A stretch of DNA of 64,000 bases from Phoronis australis (Eukaryota; Animalia; Phoronida). Location: the NCBI GenBank assembly GCA_002633005.1, contig NMRA01000480.1:269923-333922 (forward strand), written 5' to 3'. Below, in pieces: positions 1 to 12,629 of this stretch. Position 1 is the stretch's first letter. Every line of letters starts with the position of its first letter. The notes under the pieces were generated by a model. The model searched no databases and was not told where the DNA came from. It was given only the letters and a program-made list of their open reading frames with translations. The position numbers and the translations under genes were made by a program.

Positions 1-946
1 TAAAAACCAGTAGATTTTCAAAAATCAGTCTATACGTCAAAATTTAAAACAACTTCATTTTTTGTACATGAGTAGGTATCCTAACAGAAACTCAAATGCC
101 AAATTTTGTGCACTCAATGACCCCTAATTTCACCTCTGGAGCATGATAACACATTTGGCACAATTGGGCATATTAGCCGTCTCAAAAATTGCATGTTTTC
201 AGCAATAAAAATGCGTAACATACAAAATAGATGAAAAGCTTTTTTTGGTGGCTGAAATAACCAACGTATAGTGTGCATAATTCTGTGCCATTTATTAAAA
301 TCTGACAGTTTTGTGCTAGACAGTTGAGATAATCCACACACCACTTTTTGGGGCTAATCTTAGTGGCCATTTTCGTAACCTTACTGCCATAAAACACCTT
401 GTAGCCTTATGTGAGGTTTTGAACATAAAGTTAAAGAGTTAGTCTTGATGACTGAGCAATAAAAAATCTTGCCTCAACTTTGCACCTTAGTGAAAATTGT
501 CTTGCAAAACTGTCTATTTTCATAGTTTGGAAATGACGAGCAGAGTTTACAGACCATTTGAACAAACTTTTAGGCAAGAAGTCTGCTTTAAATAGTTATA
601 GAAAACAAGTCTAAACTCTTTCAAATGAAAACAAGATGTTTTCCGGGTTTATTACACGGCTAGTATCAAAACTGAACCCGATGACCTTTGCCCACTGAGG
701 GAGTCACAATCTGCTTCTTGGCATAACTCGTTGTACCGTGTCAGAAAAATATTGATTAAGTAATTAGGAAGAATATAACCATTTTAAGTTGCCCAAAATT
801 GGTGCATAAGTACTTTTAAATCATAGGGTCAAACTTGTTGACATGTATTTTAACGTTGAAATCTATTTTTAGATGATGTTTACAGCAGAGGTTCTGGGAT
901 CAAAGCACTCTAACTCTAAAGATTCTAGAAATTTCTGAGAGCAAAT

Positions 947-1624
947 TGTAACAGCCAATGATATGATTAGATAAGATCATGTGATTTTTATTTACCAATC
1001 ACTAAATAAGTAGAATATCATAATATGGGCTAAAATCAAGAAGATATTCAGATGAGCTATATTAGTTGAAGCATAAAGACTTGCTACAGTGTACAGAGGA
1101 AATTGTACAACAGAGCCATCTCGTGGACGATTCTAGAGAGCACCTTGGCAAGAGTTAACGAACAGTAAGTTAACGAAGACCCTGTCACTTGCATCGTGGG
1201 TAGTAAGATACTGCCTGAGGTGTTGCGTCACCAGAGACTGTGACCAGCAAGAAGAATCGTGGGTAGAAGAAACTGCCTGCAAGTTTTGCGTCACCAGAGA
1301 CTGTGACCAACAAGTACACTGTCGCAATACAATGTGTGTAGTTCGAAGATTCACCAACAGTACTGTCATCCAACAAGTGGAGAGTCCTACAGCTTGGATA
1401 GCAGATGAGACATTTGATTATTTTGGTTGATTGATTAAAGTAATCTTTAAAGAGGGCGCTGGCGTAGGTACTCTTTTTGTAGCTGATTACTTAATTAACA
1501 ACATGTTTCACTTGTCTAATTGGTGGTTTTCATATAATTAATGGCTTTAATCATTCTGTCTCCATCTACGCACAATCTCAAACCATAGCTACCTTTTAAA
1601 CAAACCCACAGTCAATCTCTGACA
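947..1624 (+). mobile_element. 5' LTR of Gmr1-like Gypsy retrotransposon
   Basis: Begins TGTAACA (947) and ends TGACA (1624) just before a PBS. Contains an internal 63-bp tandem duplication (1193-1314). The 5' boundary is inferred because no second LTR is present. Confidence 0.65.
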
Positions 1625-1626
1625 TT

Positions 1627-1641
1627 TGGGGGCCAGTCCGG
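1627..1641 (+). other. Primer-binding site, tRNA-Pro type
   Basis: TGGGGGCCAGTCCGG, 2 nt after the LTR-terminal CA; matches 13/15 positions of the complement of the tRNA-Pro 3' end (TGGGGGCTCGTCCGG). Confidence 0.75.
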
Positions 1642-1817
1642 TAGAGTTTAAATAAAGGTTTACGTGTTTGTGTTCAACTGTTTTGAATCCAGTAATTATA
1701 GTTCGAATATTAATTAATAAGGTGCATTCTGGGAGTAAACCCTTCCTCTAAAATGTATTTTGAAAAGTATATTGCGCAAGCGAAACAGTTCGGTCATACC
1801 GGTGAAGAGTTAAGGAA

Positions 1818-4350
1818 ATGCGCAGAGCTCTTGCTGGCAGGTCTTGGAGCGTTAAGAGCGTACCCATAAACGGGAACTGGAACAGGCAGAGCGTGCCCAT
1901 AAACAAGAACAGGACAAGGCAGAGCTTGCAAGAGAACAAGAAAAGCGGGCCCAAGGGATTGATATTGAGAAGCAGAAGACACTGCAACTCCAGATTGAGC
2001 TCAAAACGACACCTAGTGGTGGGGCTGTAAGCAGTGGTGTACGTACCAGGCGTCACAAACTGCCAAGGTTCGACGAACGCGTCGATGACATCTATGCATT
2101 CCTAGCCCGATTTGAGACGTTCGCCACAAGCCAGAAGTGGGATTAATCGGAGTGGGCTGTGGACTTGAGTCCATTGTTGACAGGTAAAGGTCTACAGGTG
2201 CTCAACAACATTCCGTCCGACCAAATTAACAACTACGATCAACTAAAGGTAGCGCTTATGCACAGGTAAGAATTAATCGAAGACTGGTTCCGACGGAAGT
2301 TCAGAGAGTGCAAGCCTGAAAAGGGTGAAAACGTGTTCCAATTCGGGGCAAGACTCAGAGATTTACTGATCCCAGAGCAGCTTCTGGAAGTTCGCCATCC
2401 TAAGATGTCTGTATTCCTGAAGGAAAGGAAACCAAAGACCTTCTATGAGATGTCGGCCACTGCTCAACAGTATATGGACGCCCACTTGACGCCCGTTTGT
2501 GACAGTTACGTCAACGAAACAAAGGTACGCATTATACGTGACACCGGTTGCAGTAGTGCAACGGTGAAAACGTCGTTAGTCAAAGATAACCAACTGATTG
2601 GGAAACAACACATCTGTGTGTTAATAGATGGGACAGCACGATCCTTTCCCATAGCGTATCGAGGTAGACACTCCATACTTCGTTGGTGAAATCGAGGTGA
2701 TGTGTATGCGAACACCAGTCTACTACCTCATCACAAGAAATGCTGTTGGAGTCAGCAAGGATCCTGGTCCCAATTGGCAGCCACAAGGTAGTGTCATGTC
2801 CGCAGTCACTTCTAGAGCACAGGCTAAGAAGAGAGAGAAGCCCATCAAGCCTTTGGCGGTAACTCAATCCGGAGTAGAAAATCTCGACCTCAGCAAGTTG
2901 AAGGACGAGCAAGAACATGATCCTTCCCTAAGTAAACTCATGGAACTTGTTGAGAAAGACAAACCAGCAAGAACACGTGGTAGAGGTCAATACTGACATG
3001 AGAAGCAAAAAGGGCTCCTGTACCAAGTGTATGCTGATAGCACCAAAGAGTTGCGTCAGATAGTTGTCCCAATGAAATATCGACAACAGACCATGACTCT
3101 AGCTCACTGGTCAATCGTTGGTGGGCACCTTGGTGTGAATAAGACCAGTGTTAGAATAGCTAGTAGCTTTTATTGGTCAGGAGTTGGCACTGATGTAAAT
3201 CATTTCTGGAGATCATGTGACATCTGCCAGCGAACTACTCCTAAGGTGCCATTGGGTGAGATGCAACGTATGGAAGAACCGTTCCAGCGTATAGCTGTTG
3301 ATTTAATTGGTCCTGTGTCGTCAATCACAGACAGAGGCAACCGGTACATTCTCACCATCGTAGACTACGCCACAAGATACCCAGAGGCAGTACCCCTACA
3401 CAGAATAAAAACTGAGCGATTCGCAGAAGCACTGTTTGAAACCCGCTGTAGAATTAGGTTTCTACGAGAGGTGCTTAGTGACTGTGGGAGAAAGTTTACC
3501 TCGGAAATAGTGAAAAAAGTTGCACGGCTAATATCCATAAAGCAACTCTTCACAACTCCGTACAATCCGAAATGCAATGCATTGTGTGAGCGTATTAATG
3601 GTGTACTGAAGAGAATGCTTAAGAAAGTTTGTCAAGAACGTCCACAAGACTGGGACCGGTGCTTACCAGCAGTACTGTTCGCCTACCGAGGGGTACCACA
3701 AGTGAGCACAGGTTTCTCGCCATTTGAACTGTTGTATGGTAGAACGTTGCGTGGGCCCATACAATTGCTTAAAGAATTGTTGACTGGCAATGAAACACCA
3801 GAAGTACAAAATAGTTGTGAGTATGTCCTCGACTTGCGACATCGTCTGGAAGAGACATGTGAACTGGTGCGGGAAGACTTACGAAATGCTGGTGAACCAT
3901 ACAAGCACCATTATGACAAACAGACACGAGACCGTCGCTTCGAAGTTCGAGACCAAGTCCTAATATTGTTACCAATCGACAGTAACAAGCTGCTACTGTA
4001 GTGGAGGGGTCCCTATGAAGTGACTGAGTACTCAACAAAATGGACTACCGAGTAAGGGTTGGTGGAAAGACCAAGACATACCATGCCAACTTGTTGAAAC
4101 TATACGTATTTCGTGACCAAAGTGGGGCCTCAAGTAAAGATGATGTAGATCAGAATTCTGACATCGCAGCCATAGCTGTACTTCAGCCTGAAATGGACAA
4201 TGAAGTTGGTGTTGTAGATGATGAACACCTACTGGAGTTGGGATCGACAAACCAAAAAGAACTATACAAAGATGTCAAGATATCAGACAAGCTCACTAAT
4301 AGCCAACGAAGGGAGGTGACAAGTCTGCTAGAAGAGCACTTTGACACACC
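1818..4350 (+). mobile_element. Degenerate Gmr1-like Gypsy internal region: SCAN-like gag, protease, integrase, then pre-RT linker; truncated before RT
   Basis: gag KLPRFDE..FLARFE..W..FRRKFR..EQLL..FLKERKP; protease IRDTGCS (~2530); integrase HHCC (LAHWSIVGGHLG, CDICQ) and DDE (AVDLIGP, LSDCG, CERING); GPY module at ~4005; then VKISDKLTNSQRREVTSLL, the usual lead-in to RT. Multiple stops and frameshifts. Confidence 0.9.
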
Positions 4351-4859
4351 ATCTATTTGAAATGAAAAGGAGGCTATTTTGGTAATGTCCAGCAGCATTA
4401 CAACAGCAATAGAAAATAATCTAAAATACTTGATACAAGTAAATCATTGAACAGTAGAATAAAACTCATATTTTCGGATGAATAACTAAACGCCAGAAAT
4501 ACATGTAGGTTGACATGTGCCGTAAAGATGCTTCAGGCACTTAGAAAGAAAAACATTATAGGGGAGGGAGGCACATGACGTAGCCAAACTTTTGTCTCCC
4601 GGCTGCCCCATCCCCTTTTTCTCCACAGTCGTCCAAAATTCCATCAACATATATCAAAATTAGGTGAAACACCAACATCTTCAATTCAGAATTATTACAA
4701 ATTGACATAACACATGTGGTGCCCTTTTTCATTCGGAGGTCGAGTTTCGAGTTGCATGAAATTTCAACAAAGCACGAATTTCTGTGACAATTTTTCCCTC
4801 GGCGGTTTTGCACCTTCGTCAAGAAAATTTCAAAATGTTTCTGTGTTAATATGAAATTT

Positions 4860-5210
4860 CAATTGTAGTCTGTTACGATTAGTAAGATAATAAGCTTGCG
4901 CCTGCAGGTGATAACAGGCCACTGTAACTTGCGGAAAGAAAAGAAAACAACATGCCCAGTAACAGATTTCTGGTGCCCGAAATACTGGATGAAAAAGTGA
5001 AACACTAGAACACCATCTCCATCGGTGTTTCACTTACCAAACCATTACAAAAGAATACTTTGGATAAAGCAGTTTCAGTGAAAACTGTCGATGCTAACAA
5101 AAACATTGAAACACTTGCAAAACTGCTCAAGCAAGCAGGTAGACTTGCTGAGTATGATCAATAAAATTAAAGCAATGTGTCTGTTGCAATGGGCCTGTAG
5201 AAGGCCTAAG
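4860..5210 (+). mobile_element. Degraded 3' end of an RNase H-type LINE related to the 50894-53199 element
   Basis: Translates with frameshifts to QVITGHCNL..CPK..ETLEHHL..LAKLLKQAGRLAEYDQ*, parallel to QILTGHCNL..CPEC..ESPKHL..FLMETGRLENF in the 51020 ORF; both 3' UTRs contain GCAATGGGCC. Confidence 0.65.
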
Positions 5211-5711
5211 TAATGTGTTAGCTTTTATGTTTTGCGGACTTTATTTCGCAAAGTTCCCACACCACTGTTCTATTATCATTATTAGCTTGAACCTCAACTT
5301 TATTAACAATTGCCAATACTTTGAGCCCCTTGACAACAGTGAAATGGCATGTACACGCCTATTAAAGATTTTAACTTCGACAGTAAAGTCTAGAAAGCGA
5401 ATGCAGCACAAAAATCTTCCTAAATGTTTTCCTAATCGAAAGAAACGTGTTTATAAAATTCCTTTGGCGAGGATATTTGTAGTGACAAACCACTAGGAAT
5501 AGTGATTTTGTGTAAATCACGAATAGTGCTCTTCATGTTTGCCAAGCGTCCATACTTTCTATTCCAGTCAGCGTTATTATTTTTAAACAAAATCTCTGTC
5601 ACATTTTTGGTTGTTTGTGCAGCACGTTTTGATGCTGCTGTGCCTTGAATAAAAATGGTAGTTTTCTTGGCCAATTTAAAAGTTTAACTACTTCTACTCA
5701 GAAATAGTTGA

Positions 5712-5780
5712 CAGTGGCGGATTTATAGAGGGGTAAAGGGACAACCGTGCCGGATTTATAGAGGGGTAAAGGGACAACCG
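5712..5780 (+). mobile_element. Isolated, internally duplicated hAT-like MITE terminus
   Basis: CAGTGGCGGATTTA terminus as at 49955 and 58475; CGGATTTATAGAGGGGTAAAGGGACAACCG occurs twice in tandem; no partner end found. Confidence 0.5.
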
Positions 5781-5829
5781 CTCAGGCTGGCTGTGCAAGA
5801 GAAGAGTCTCTCTCAGTGGGTCCATTTAA

Positions 5830-6800
5830 CAAGAATAAAGTAAAGGGTGACAGTTGATTCCAGCGTTGGTGATGCTCCAAGAAGTACCATTCTTTAACAT
5901 ACAAGGATGTTCGATTTCACTAAAATACGAAAAGAGTAGGATTTGATTCCATCATCGGGTCTCCCTCCGAGATAACTTCCTTAAGATGAGATGATATCAA
6001 TAAAATAGGGTGTCCATGGGTGCCATCAAAGAGATGGCGCCTCTTAATATGAAAACATACATAATATCAAAAATAGAAAGTGAGGGGAAATTCAAGCTCT
6101 GCCCAGGGCTCTTTGCTGACAACGGATTCCTTTGTTGTAAAATGATATACAGTTTCAAAAACAAGACAAACAGCGACAGCTAACACCGTTATCCCATGCC
6201 AGAGAAGTGAACAAGAGCACCGACTCCTTCAATTAAAAAATAATCCTTATTTGCTCTGGAAAGTCTGTGCACAGCAACTTTACTGGGACGTTTTCAGGTG
6301 CATTTACGTTATGTTTTTCAAACTAGGGTCACGAAATGTGCCAAACAAGGTGCCTCTCTTCTACGTGTTTTACTGCAGCCTTCTCTTCTCATCTGCAGCT
6401 TCCCCTTTCTACTACACCCTCTGCCGGTAAACACCAAGGTTTTCCTTCTGGCGCCGGCAAATTATTGAGGGACATGTCCCCTGCGCGCTTCCTACGGACC
6501 TGCCCCCTGCAACGCCATTTTTGAATACTATTGTTAAGAAGTGTTTTTCCGCGACCAAAGTGCTTTCAGCGATACACCATGCACCAAGCAATCTGTATTT
6601 GCAATGTCTCTTCATCAGTTTCCTTTATTGTTAAGAATCAGGGCAGTCCAATTCAGTTTAATCCAGCCACTTGACATCATGAGCAAACAACCTCTATTAG
6701 CAGCTGCCTCTATTAGTAGATGTGTTCCTCTGGCGAGGACTGCAGCAAGTTACTACAATGCGCGATTAATTTCAGCTTACTCTGTGTGTGACGTCGATGA
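5830..6800 (-). mobile_element. Possible highly decayed CR1/L2-type LINE 5' part (ORF1 esterase-like plus endonuclease)
   Basis: Only weak, frameshifted motif echoes (DCLVHGVSL ~ DGVHL; EVISEGD ~ ILLGD; PTLES..TLYFIL ~ PTR..TLDLIL). Confidence 0.25.
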
Positions 6801-7109
6801 TACCTTGTAAGATTATCGTACTGGGGTGACAATAAAAGTGAGGTCTTGATCTCAGTACAAATATGCTAAGTAAACTTCTATGTCCGCCTCAGAGAAACAA
6901 ACTGTTCGAGCAAACGAGACAAAAGTCCACTAAAAAGGCGCGAATGCAGAATTCATAGCTCTGAACGTGATACCCCGTTTTTTTTTCTATAGTCCCCCGT
7001 TTTTATGTTAGTGAAAGGTCCAGAATGTCAAAAATTCAAGCCCCCTATATTTTAGGTTGGGTGCGTGCATGTGTGATCGTTTAGACTTTTCACAAAGTCA
7101 TCTAGTTGA

Positions 7110-8769
7110 AGGAGAATGCCACCCGATTTAATTAGTCTTTTTTACCGTCTTAATCGGTCTGTATCCACATCTCCTCGCATACGGTCGACCTTACCTTGCC
7201 GAGAAGTGTCGCGTTGATCATGTGAGGAAGGTGAGAAACGACGCAGCGACGTCAGTGGATCATTTGCAGAGTGAATGCCGCTATGCTGCGGTGCATCGTT
7301 TCCGCTTGTCCGATCTATGCAGTTGTGAGGAAATCGGGTATATCGTTTTATCGACTTTCTCGAGAGTCACGAAATGCTTAGGAAGTGGCTCGCGGTTGCG
7401 AGGAATGAAAAGTACCCTGTTAATAGCAAGTATGACACCGTGAAACATCTCCGTGTCTGTGGCTTGCATGAGTCGTCGTCAGTGAGTCTGACGAATGCCG
7501 GCTTACCAAAAGAACTACCCATACGTTCCGTTGCCTGTGCATGTTCACGGCGCCTCTCTATAGTATTGCTTAATCACTGTATTCCGGTTCGAATTGACAG
7601 CCTGTGAGACTTAACGATCCACCTGCGAAGTCACCGTCGGAAGAGCTCTCGTCTAAGTCGGGAATGCGAGTTGCCATGTTGACGTTTATTATTCTGCGTT
7701 CTGTTTCAAAATGAATTATTCTCACCCTAAACAATGTTTATATATAAAACTGAAACAAATTCTGTCTCATTAGATACAGTTTGTCATGCCTTTGGAGTAT
7801 TCGTGAGTGCAAATGTTTTGAGAAGACAGCAACGCGGCTTCACATGCAATTAAGGTAATTGACGGGCCGTGTAAGCACATGCTAATTCAGTCTTTGCTGA
7901 CAGAAAGCTGTTGTGAAACAATAACTCGATTTTATACGCTATGGTCAGATGTTAGGAGAATCTCTATTTAGATATACATTATTCACATCATTGTTACTGT
8001 TCAACTTTTGCCCTGACGGTTCTGCAAAAGGACAACTTGACTTCGCGGCCACCGACAAGTACGTAGATTTTCAGTTTCGTGGCTAATTCAACAAAATAAT
8101 TACGTGCACATTTCTTCGGGCTCACTAGTATATTCTTTTCGTGACTGGAGGTTTAGTTTCCAACTTACGCTGATTTATATTCGTGATGTTCTGTCCTGGC
8201 GGTCGCGACGGGCCAGTGATCGGGTTCCGAGGTACTGGCTGGCATAACAAGCGTTTTGTGTGTTTAGAACTGAAAAAAATCGCAAGTCTAAAAGTAAAAT
8301 ACACAGCTATCTTTCATGTTTGTATTTCACGGAAGAATGATGCGAATTTATCACCAAACAGACCCAAACTCCCGCGATCGGCCATGAGAAATTGGAGGCT
8401 ACCGAATCTAGGAGTCTACACTCCTTGACCGAACTCTGTAGGCTACCGTACGTTCAAATACCTCTAAATCCGTAACTGTGAAATAGACCAACACGTTTGT
8501 TCAAGAACTCGATCTATTTTTAAGGGTTTCACATAGAAATTTGATGATTTACTGGCGTAGAACGATGCATTCAAGCGATGAGTTGACATCAGTAAGCGTG
8601 TTATAAACGGCTGAACAGACTGCGTTCGAATCGATTACGTCATTGGCTAATTTCAACACCTCCGTCTGCCGTCAGGTGGCAGGTAAAACAACTGAACTTG
8701 CTGTTATCGAGTGGAACTACTCGATCTAAATTGATACAAAATAGGTTGTTTCTTGGGTGGCATTCTCCT
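7110..8769 (+). mobile_element. Kolobok-like non-autonomous DNA transposon, copy 1
   Basis: Perfect 15-bp TIR AGGAGAATGCCACCC/GGGTGGCATTCTCCT; flanks TTGA (7106-7109) and TTAA (8770-8773); frameshifted THAP frame from ATG 7283; antisense acidic QFEPEY frame from ATG 7677. Confidence 0.85.
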
Positions 8770-9653
8770 TTAAGTGGCCTAATTTTCAGCCACAAGATAC
8801 GAAACAAAAAGTAAGTATGAATGTCAACAGTCGGAATGGTTTTGATTACAATGTTTGTGTTTCTAAAAGATCAGGTAGGTGGAACCCAAACATGAATTAT
8901 CACGTGTCGTAGTTACTGTGTCCCGTTCATTTACAATAAAGTCCTGGAAAAATGTCATGGCTTTATTTCCGAGCATGTTTTTATATTTGAGTTTAACCTG
9001 ATATTTGCCTACCTGCATGAGGCTATGGCCTTCTATTCGGGAGCCTTGTACTTTTAAATATTCCATGAAACCTTATTTTGACTAGGGATACTATGCTTGC
9101 CATTTCAACCTTACAGGACGTGCCGATTGGTTTCATCAATATTTTATACCTAGTCAATATATTGCAATTTTGGCAGTGTTTTATCATTGTGGTTATGGCC
9201 CATTGCAGGAAACGCAAGGAAAAAACGACAGGCTTTATATCCGACGAAACAGATGACCTTTACTCGCATACCTTTCAGGTTGCCTGTTTCCAGCATAATG
9301 CTGTCGTCCCAGGTGTAGATGACTGGGTCAAAAATAGCTACTCATCAGACAAGTTGGTCAAATGAACCGATTTTTATTATTCACCGACATACGACGGGTT
9401 TCAAACTATCTCACTGCTCAATAGATTTGAGGCAACAACCTTGTCAGCATATATTTTTACTATTCACCCGACCCATGTTTCAGCCATGTCGTTGGTCAAT
9501 AGTTGTGACTGAAGGTTATCTCAAACCTTATTTAGTGGCCTCCATTCTAACTCGTATATCAAAAATAAGAGGCTTTTTCAACTTGTAGTTGTATATATTT
9601 CCGAAAGAAAAAGATGAAGGATTATAAAATTATGGTTTATATTTATGTGTCAT

Positions 9654-9667
9654 TATTATTATTGTTA

Positions 9668-9700
<33 letters not shown>
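9654..9700. repeat. (ATT)n microsatellite
   Basis: Seen directly; imperfect ATT/GTT run. Confidence 0.9.
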
Positions 9701-9701
<1 letters not shown>

Positions 9702-12072
9702 ATTAATAAATTTTAAAGGCAAAATTACATTTTTAAGAAAGGTACATTCATACCAAAATAACCCCTCGGTCGATATTTAATGAAACATTTTTAAATGAAA
9801 ACTTCCCCTTTTACATGCACCTCAAAAACGCTGTAAGAAATTTTCGATTAGTCTTTTACTTTGGTTGTTGTAAAAAATCATCTCAAAAACTTAAGATATT
9901 TTATAACAGTCATATTCGTCTTTGTTACATCACGCAAAACCAGGCCTTTACATAAGAAGTCCTAACAGAGCGTTTGAAATTGATTAATGAAGTAAGTTTG
10001 GGAAGCTTCAGCGTAATCCACCGAGCTGTTTTCGAGAATTCGTGTTCCTAAGTTCAAGTTAAGTTAAATTTTGTGACCTTCTCCTGTCCGACAGGTGAGG
10101 TTAACTGTTGATCTACAACGCACCACGTGCCGGGAGACTGATATGAAACCGTAGAACTTTAGTCCTGGAATGCCAACTCCCGTACATGACCTATGAATTC
10201 TATTATTACAATCACTCTCCTCTTCTTGGCTTCAACAAGGTTGCGTACGTCATAACAATCGGAACTAGTTTCATTTCGTTTTTCATATTTCACTAGCAAA
10301 CCCAATTTGCTGCGAAGCTGTAATCATCTCCCGAGAGATATCGCAAAAAATCAGTAGGAAATAGGCGCGTGCGCCTCTCACGAGCACATTGTTTTCAAAA
10401 CGACAACAGACTTTTCTTTGTCACAAAAGGCGGAGCATTGCACAAAAATAACGTTTATTTGTTTGTGTCTTTCACTTAAACGGCCGTAATGGGCAAGATG
10501 AGAGTCGGTAGATTCCGGCCAGATTCTGCATGCACTCCCGCCGTTGTTGGCTCTACAAGTGGATATAAGTTTCACGACGAGGTGACGAGCTGAGCTACCC
10601 GGATTGGGTGAAGTTTCGGTGTTTAGCGGAGCTCAACACACAGATCCTTGCTGTAGAGTTGACGATAATCTTCAAACAGCTGAGCTAGCTTTCTACCTGT
10701 ATGTACACTTTTACGTGGCTTTTGTAAATACATTACATACTTTGTGTACAATGGCAGATTTTTAAGTGGGTCCTTAGTTTTCACTTTAAAGAATAGCTGT
10801 GCACTATGTTAGAGCACGGTCAAATGTTCTGGAAAGAAAAATTATTTGCACTGCCCATGGGCCGCACACCCTGGCCTAAATCTGACAGAGAAGCTTTAAA
10901 ATAAAACGGTCTCACAAAGAAAAATTCCTGCCTCTTGCTATGAACACTAATGTTCACTTAAAAGTGTATCTATTTCACCTCCGTCGTCATTTCCCATACA
11001 CTAGCTGCTACCCGTGGTTAAGCACGAGTAACGGCTAGTAATATATACCGATGTATAATTTTGGATGAATGCCTCACAAAATTATTCACATCAAGTGTGA
11101 CGGATCCATACTCTAAAACCTTTGTCTTTACAGGGTAGAAATCTTTCGAATCCTTAAATACATTTCCCGTATGACTTAACTAGTTATGTATGTAACCTCT
11201 CTGGTTCATTTCCTTTTTATGTTACTATTACACGCTGTTATTTTTCACATTTTGGTAACACTCTTGGTTTTTAGAATAAAAAATATTTTAACCAGTCAGG
11301 TATGCGAATTGATAATTAAATAATTATCTTTTGCTTCTGCAAAAATCATCAATACCTGGCAAAGAGCTTTCTAATGATATTGATCTTATGCAATTCGATG
11401 AAAAACGAGTTGCGAGAAGTTTTAATGACAGTAAATTCCATGGCAAGTAAATACAGCGGAAAAAACGAATGCAAACAACTCTCACGCAAGCACGGCGCAA
11501 CCTCAGCGACCGCGAGACCGAAGTTGGCATTAGACGGCTAAAAGAGTTCTATGTATGAAACCAAGTACGAAATAGACAGCAGAAATCGAGTCGGTGGTTA
11601 AAGCGCGTCGTGAGCATGAGATCGAAACGGCGAATTGCCAAATTAGATATAAAATATATAAATTTGGTGAGGATTTATCCCTTTTCACAACTTGGTGTGT
11701 TCGTGAATACAAGGTCCGACATAGAGGCACATTCGAAACTAGGTGCTGTCTTCGTTTTCCCAGCAACTTTCTATCATATGTGCTCCTAGTTGACTAACTA
11801 TTATGACACTTCGGTGAATGAAAGTACTGAAGGTACATAAAGAGCTGCTCTATTCCTGGCGAGTGATTCAATTTGAGTGACAACCCTGTAACTTTTTTCT
11901 CACTGCATGGTATTTATTTCATATTCGATTTTCCCTTGTTGACTACAAAGTTATACATTCCTTTCTTCAGTTCAGGAAAAAACGATCAACAACAACCCGC
12001 ACTTTGGAACACAGAACATACATGTAGAAGTACCACTGTAATCAAGTGTAAACATACCACAGAAAAATTAGA

Positions 12073-12150
12073 GTGATCAAACGCAAAATTGGCGTAATCA
12101 AACGCAAACTTAGTGTGAGCAAACGCAACATTAGTGTGATCAAACGCAAA
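12073..12150. repeat. 21-bp minisatellite, about 4 copies
   Basis: GTGATCAAACGCAAA-like core recurring every ~21 bp. Confidence 0.85.
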
Positions 12151-12629
12151 TTACCATACAACTATCACTGTAGTCAAGTGTAAACATTTTCGTGCTTGAG
12201 CAATTTTTAAAAACTGATACTGCCACCTTGTAGAAGTGGGAATAATGGCAAGGTTGCAGTTAACCCTGCATCTGCTCTAGCTTGCATATGTCAATTGTAT
12301 ACCACTCAATTGGGCGATTAGCTCGTGTTTTAAACAAAATAAAACAATTTACACTTCGTTTTGCTCAGCTCGACCTGGCATTAAGAGCTACTAAATTGCT
12401 TCACATGTTTCGCACACTTTCCAATTAGTTGACGATACGTCTCATACTACAGCCACTTGAACACTTCAAATTGGCCAATCTTAATCCACAACATCTGTAT
12501 TAGGCCATTGACTGTTTCTGCAATGTGCTAAAAGCAACATGTTTAGATGATGAAAGACATGTCTATCGTACACTCGCTGAGACTGGTTTAATTTGTTACC
12601 GTAAACATTCGGGTGAATTCCCCGAGCAC

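Noticed and set aside
8863-9540. Coding-looking minus-strand stretch as further nAChR exons
   Set aside because: No translation resembles a Cys-loop receptor or any family I recognise.
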